Under the pieces are notes generated by a model. That model had not been told where the DNA came from, searched no databases, and worked only from the letters and a program-made list of their open reading frames with translations. A stretch of 64,000 nt of DNA. Origin: Squalus acanthias. Taxonomy: Eukaryota. Positions 61,401 through 64,000 of this stretch are shown one piece after another; positions within the stretch are counted from its first letter, which is position 1, and every line of letters begins with the position of its first letter. Made by a program: the position numbers and the translations under genes. The stretch is taken from positions 4,898,001-4,962,000 of the forward strand of contig JASTWF010000034.1 of assembly GCA_030390025.1 (NCBI GenBank), written 5' to 3'.

Positions 61401-64000
61401 CAGTACCCTGGGTGAGTCCGATCATGGACTCGGGTGTTCGACCAGTCCCCGGGTTGTGTCTGATCATTGCCTGGGGCGGTTGACCAGTCCACGGGGTGTG
61501 TACGAACATGGATGCGGGGATTTGACCAGTCCCCGTGGGTGTGTCGGATCATGGACACGATCGTTTGTCCAGTCCCCACGGGTGTGTCCGATCATGGACT
61601 CGGGCGTTTGACCAGTCCCCGGGGTGTGACCGATCATGGACTCGGGCGTTTGGCCAGTCCCCGGGTCTGTGTCCAAACATGGCCTCCGGCGTTTGACCAG
61701 TGCGCGGGGTGTGTCCGATCATGGACTCGGGCGTTTGACCAGTCCCTGGGGCGGTGTGTCTGATCATGGACTCGGGCGTTTGACCAGTCCCTAGGGTGAG
61801 TCCGATCATGGACTCGGGCGTTTGACCAGTCCCTGCGGGTGTGACCGATCATGGACTCGGGCGTTTGACCAGTCCCCGGGGTGTGTCCGATCATGGACTC
61901 GGGCGTTTGAACAGTCTTCGGGGTGTGACCGATCATGGACTCGGGCGTTTGACCAGTCCCCAGGGTGTGACCGATCATGGACTCGGGCGTTTGGCCAGCC
62001 CCGGTTCTGTGTCCGATCATGGCCTTCGGCGTTTGAACGGTCCGCGGGGTGCGTCCGATCATCGACTTGGGCGTTTGACCAGTCCCCAGGGTGTGTCCGA
62101 TCATGGACTAGAGCGTTTGACCTGTCCCAGGGCTGTGTCTGATCATGGACTCGGGTGTTTTACCAGTCCCAGGGATGTGTCTGATCATGGACTCGGGCGT
62201 TTGAACAGTCCCCTGGGTGTGTCCGATCATGGACTCGGGTGTTTGACCAGTCACCGGGGTGTGTCCGATCATGGACTCGGGCGTTTGAACAGTCTTCGGG
62301 GTGTGACCGATCATGGACTCGGGCGTTTGACCAGTACCCAGGGTGTGACCGATCATGGACTCGGGCGTTTGGCCAGCCCCGGTTCTGTGTCCGATCATGG
62401 CCTTCGGCGTTTGAACGGTCCGCGGGGTGCGTCCGATCATCGACTTGGGCGTTTGACCAGTCCCCAGGGTGTGTCCGATCATGGACTAGAGCGTTTGACC
62501 TGTCCCAGGGCTGTGTCTGATCATGGACTCGGGTGTTTTACCAGTCCCAGGGATGTGTCTGATCATGGACTCGGGCGTTTGAACAGTCCCCTGGGTGTGT
62601 CCGATCATGGACTCGGGTGTTTGACCAGTCACCGGGGCTGTCTCCGATCATGGACTCGGGCATTTGACCAGTCCCAGGTGTGTGGTTCTGATCATGGACT
62701 CTGGCGTTTGACCAGTCCCAGGTGAGTGTTTTTGATCATGGACTCGGGCGTTTGATCAGTCCCAGGTGTGTGTTTCTGATCATGGACTCGGGCGTTTGAC
62801 CAGTCCCAGGTGACTGTTTCTGATCATGGACTCGGGCGTTTGACCAGTCCCAGGTGTGTGTTTCTGATCATGGACTCGGGCGTTTGACCAGTCCCAGGTG
62901 AGTGTTTCTGATCATGGACTCGAGCGTTTGACCAGTCCCCGGGGTGTGTCCGATCATGGACTCGGGTGTTTGACCTGTCCCCGGAGTGTGTCCGATCATG
63001 GACTCGGGCGTTTGACCAGTCCCCGGGGCTTTGCCTGATCATGGACTCGGGCGTTTGACCAGTCCCCGGGTCTGTGTCCGCACATGGCCTCCGGCGGTTG
63101 ACCAGTCACCGGGGCTGTGTCTGATCATGGACTCGGGAGTTTGAACAGTCCCTGCGTGTGTGTCCGATCATGGACTCGGGCGTTTGACCAGTCCCTGCGG
63201 GTGTGTCCGATCATGGACTCGGTCGTTTGAACAGTCCCCGGGGTGTGACCGATCATGGACTCGGGCGTTTGACCAGTCCCCAGGGTGTGACCGATCATGG
63301 ACTCGGGCGTTTGGCCAGTCCCCGGGTCTGTGTCCGATCATGGCCTCCAGCGTTTGACCGGTCTGCGGGGTGTGTCCGATCATGGACTCGGGTGTTTGAC
63401 CAGTCCCCGGGGCGGTGTGACTGATCATGGACTTGGGCTTTTGACCAGTCCCCAGGGTGTGTCCGATCATGGACTAGAGCGTTTGTCCAGTCCCAGGGCT
63501 GTGTCTGATCATGGACTCGGGCGTTTTACCAGTCCCAGGGATGTGTCTGATCATGGACTCGGGCGTTTGAACAGTCCCCTGGGTGTGTCCGATCATGGAC
63601 TCGGGCGTTTGACCAGTCCCAGGTGTGTGTTTCTGATCATGGACTCGGGCGTTTGTCCAGTCCCCGGGTAGTGTCTGATCATGGACTCGGGCGTTTGACC
63701 AGGCCCCGGTGTGTCCGAACAAATACTCGGGTGGTTGACCAGTCCCCGAGGTGTGTACGATCATGGACTTGGGGGTTTGACCAGTCCCCGAGGTGAGTCC
63801 GATCATGGACTCGGGCGTTTGACTTGTCCCAGTGATGTGTCTGATCACGGAGCTGGGGGTTTGACCGGTCGTGATGGGTGTCCAATCACAGACCCGGGGT
63901 TTTGACTGGTCTCTGCAGTGTGTCTGATCATGGACCCAGGGAATTGACCTGTCCCGGGGTAGCAGCCGATCAGAGAAGCGAGTTTTGACTGGTTCTAGGG
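40401..64000. repeat. 42-bp GC-rich satellite, subfamily B, with interspersed boundary cassettes; runs off the window end
   Basis: Consensus gatcatggactcgggcgtttgaccagtccccggggtgtgtcc, more than 500 monomers by length. Confidence 0.97.
45410..45765. repeat. 42-44 bp satellite variant C island (shorter copies at ~56495-56630 and ~59270-59400)
   Basis: Monomer gatcacagtcccgggg(t)naccggtccctgggttgtgtcc, about 8 copies, closed by cccgttaatta(t/c)accattcccc. Confidence 0.9.

Noticed and set aside
34033..63905. Hundreds of repetitive ORFs (HTPGTSQTPGSVI, SDHGLGRLTSPRGV) suggesting a mucin-like or repeat protein
   Set aside because: A 42-bp unit is 14 codons. Frequent 43-44 bp monomers shift frames at random and ORFs appear on both strands, as expected for non-coding satellite.

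Overview
Eukaryotic, repeat-saturated window with no intact protein-coding gene. It is very likely vertebrate and probably a cartilaginous fish; this is inferred from the CR1-clade LINEs with short tandem 3' tails and from SINE-like heads. Left to right: (1) ~547-6538, the 3' two-thirds of a decayed endogenous retrovirus-like element (RNase H, internally deleted integrase, env, 3' LTR swollen by 30 copies of a 39-bp unit). Its env resembles a class-I fusion (F-type) glycoprotein rather than a gamma/beta-type SU-TM, the architecture reported for lokiretroviruses, and it has an extra ~280-aa N-terminal region with an Ig-like motif. (2) 6539-15058, an 82-bp satellite that appears to derive from a tRNA/SINE head, interrupted by a 5'-truncated CR1 LINE, with the satellite+LINE block duplicated at a 4163-bp period. 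(3) ~15075-15970, an antisense CR1 fragment containing a 98-bp tandem array. (4) 16225-34065, five tandem ~3.6-3.9 kb units, each with a tRNA-Lys(CTT) relic, CR1 fragments and a CCAAT/TATA-like segment; unit 1 also holds a solo LTR with a 4-bp target-site duplication (TSD). (5) 34067-64000, ~30 kb of GC-rich 42-bp satellite. Its two main subfamilies differ by opposite-strand CpG deaminations of an ancestral monomer still visible at the boundaries, and it is organised into ~2-kb higher-order repeats and larger variable super-units. Nearly all ORFs in the supplied track are artefacts of repeat periodicity.
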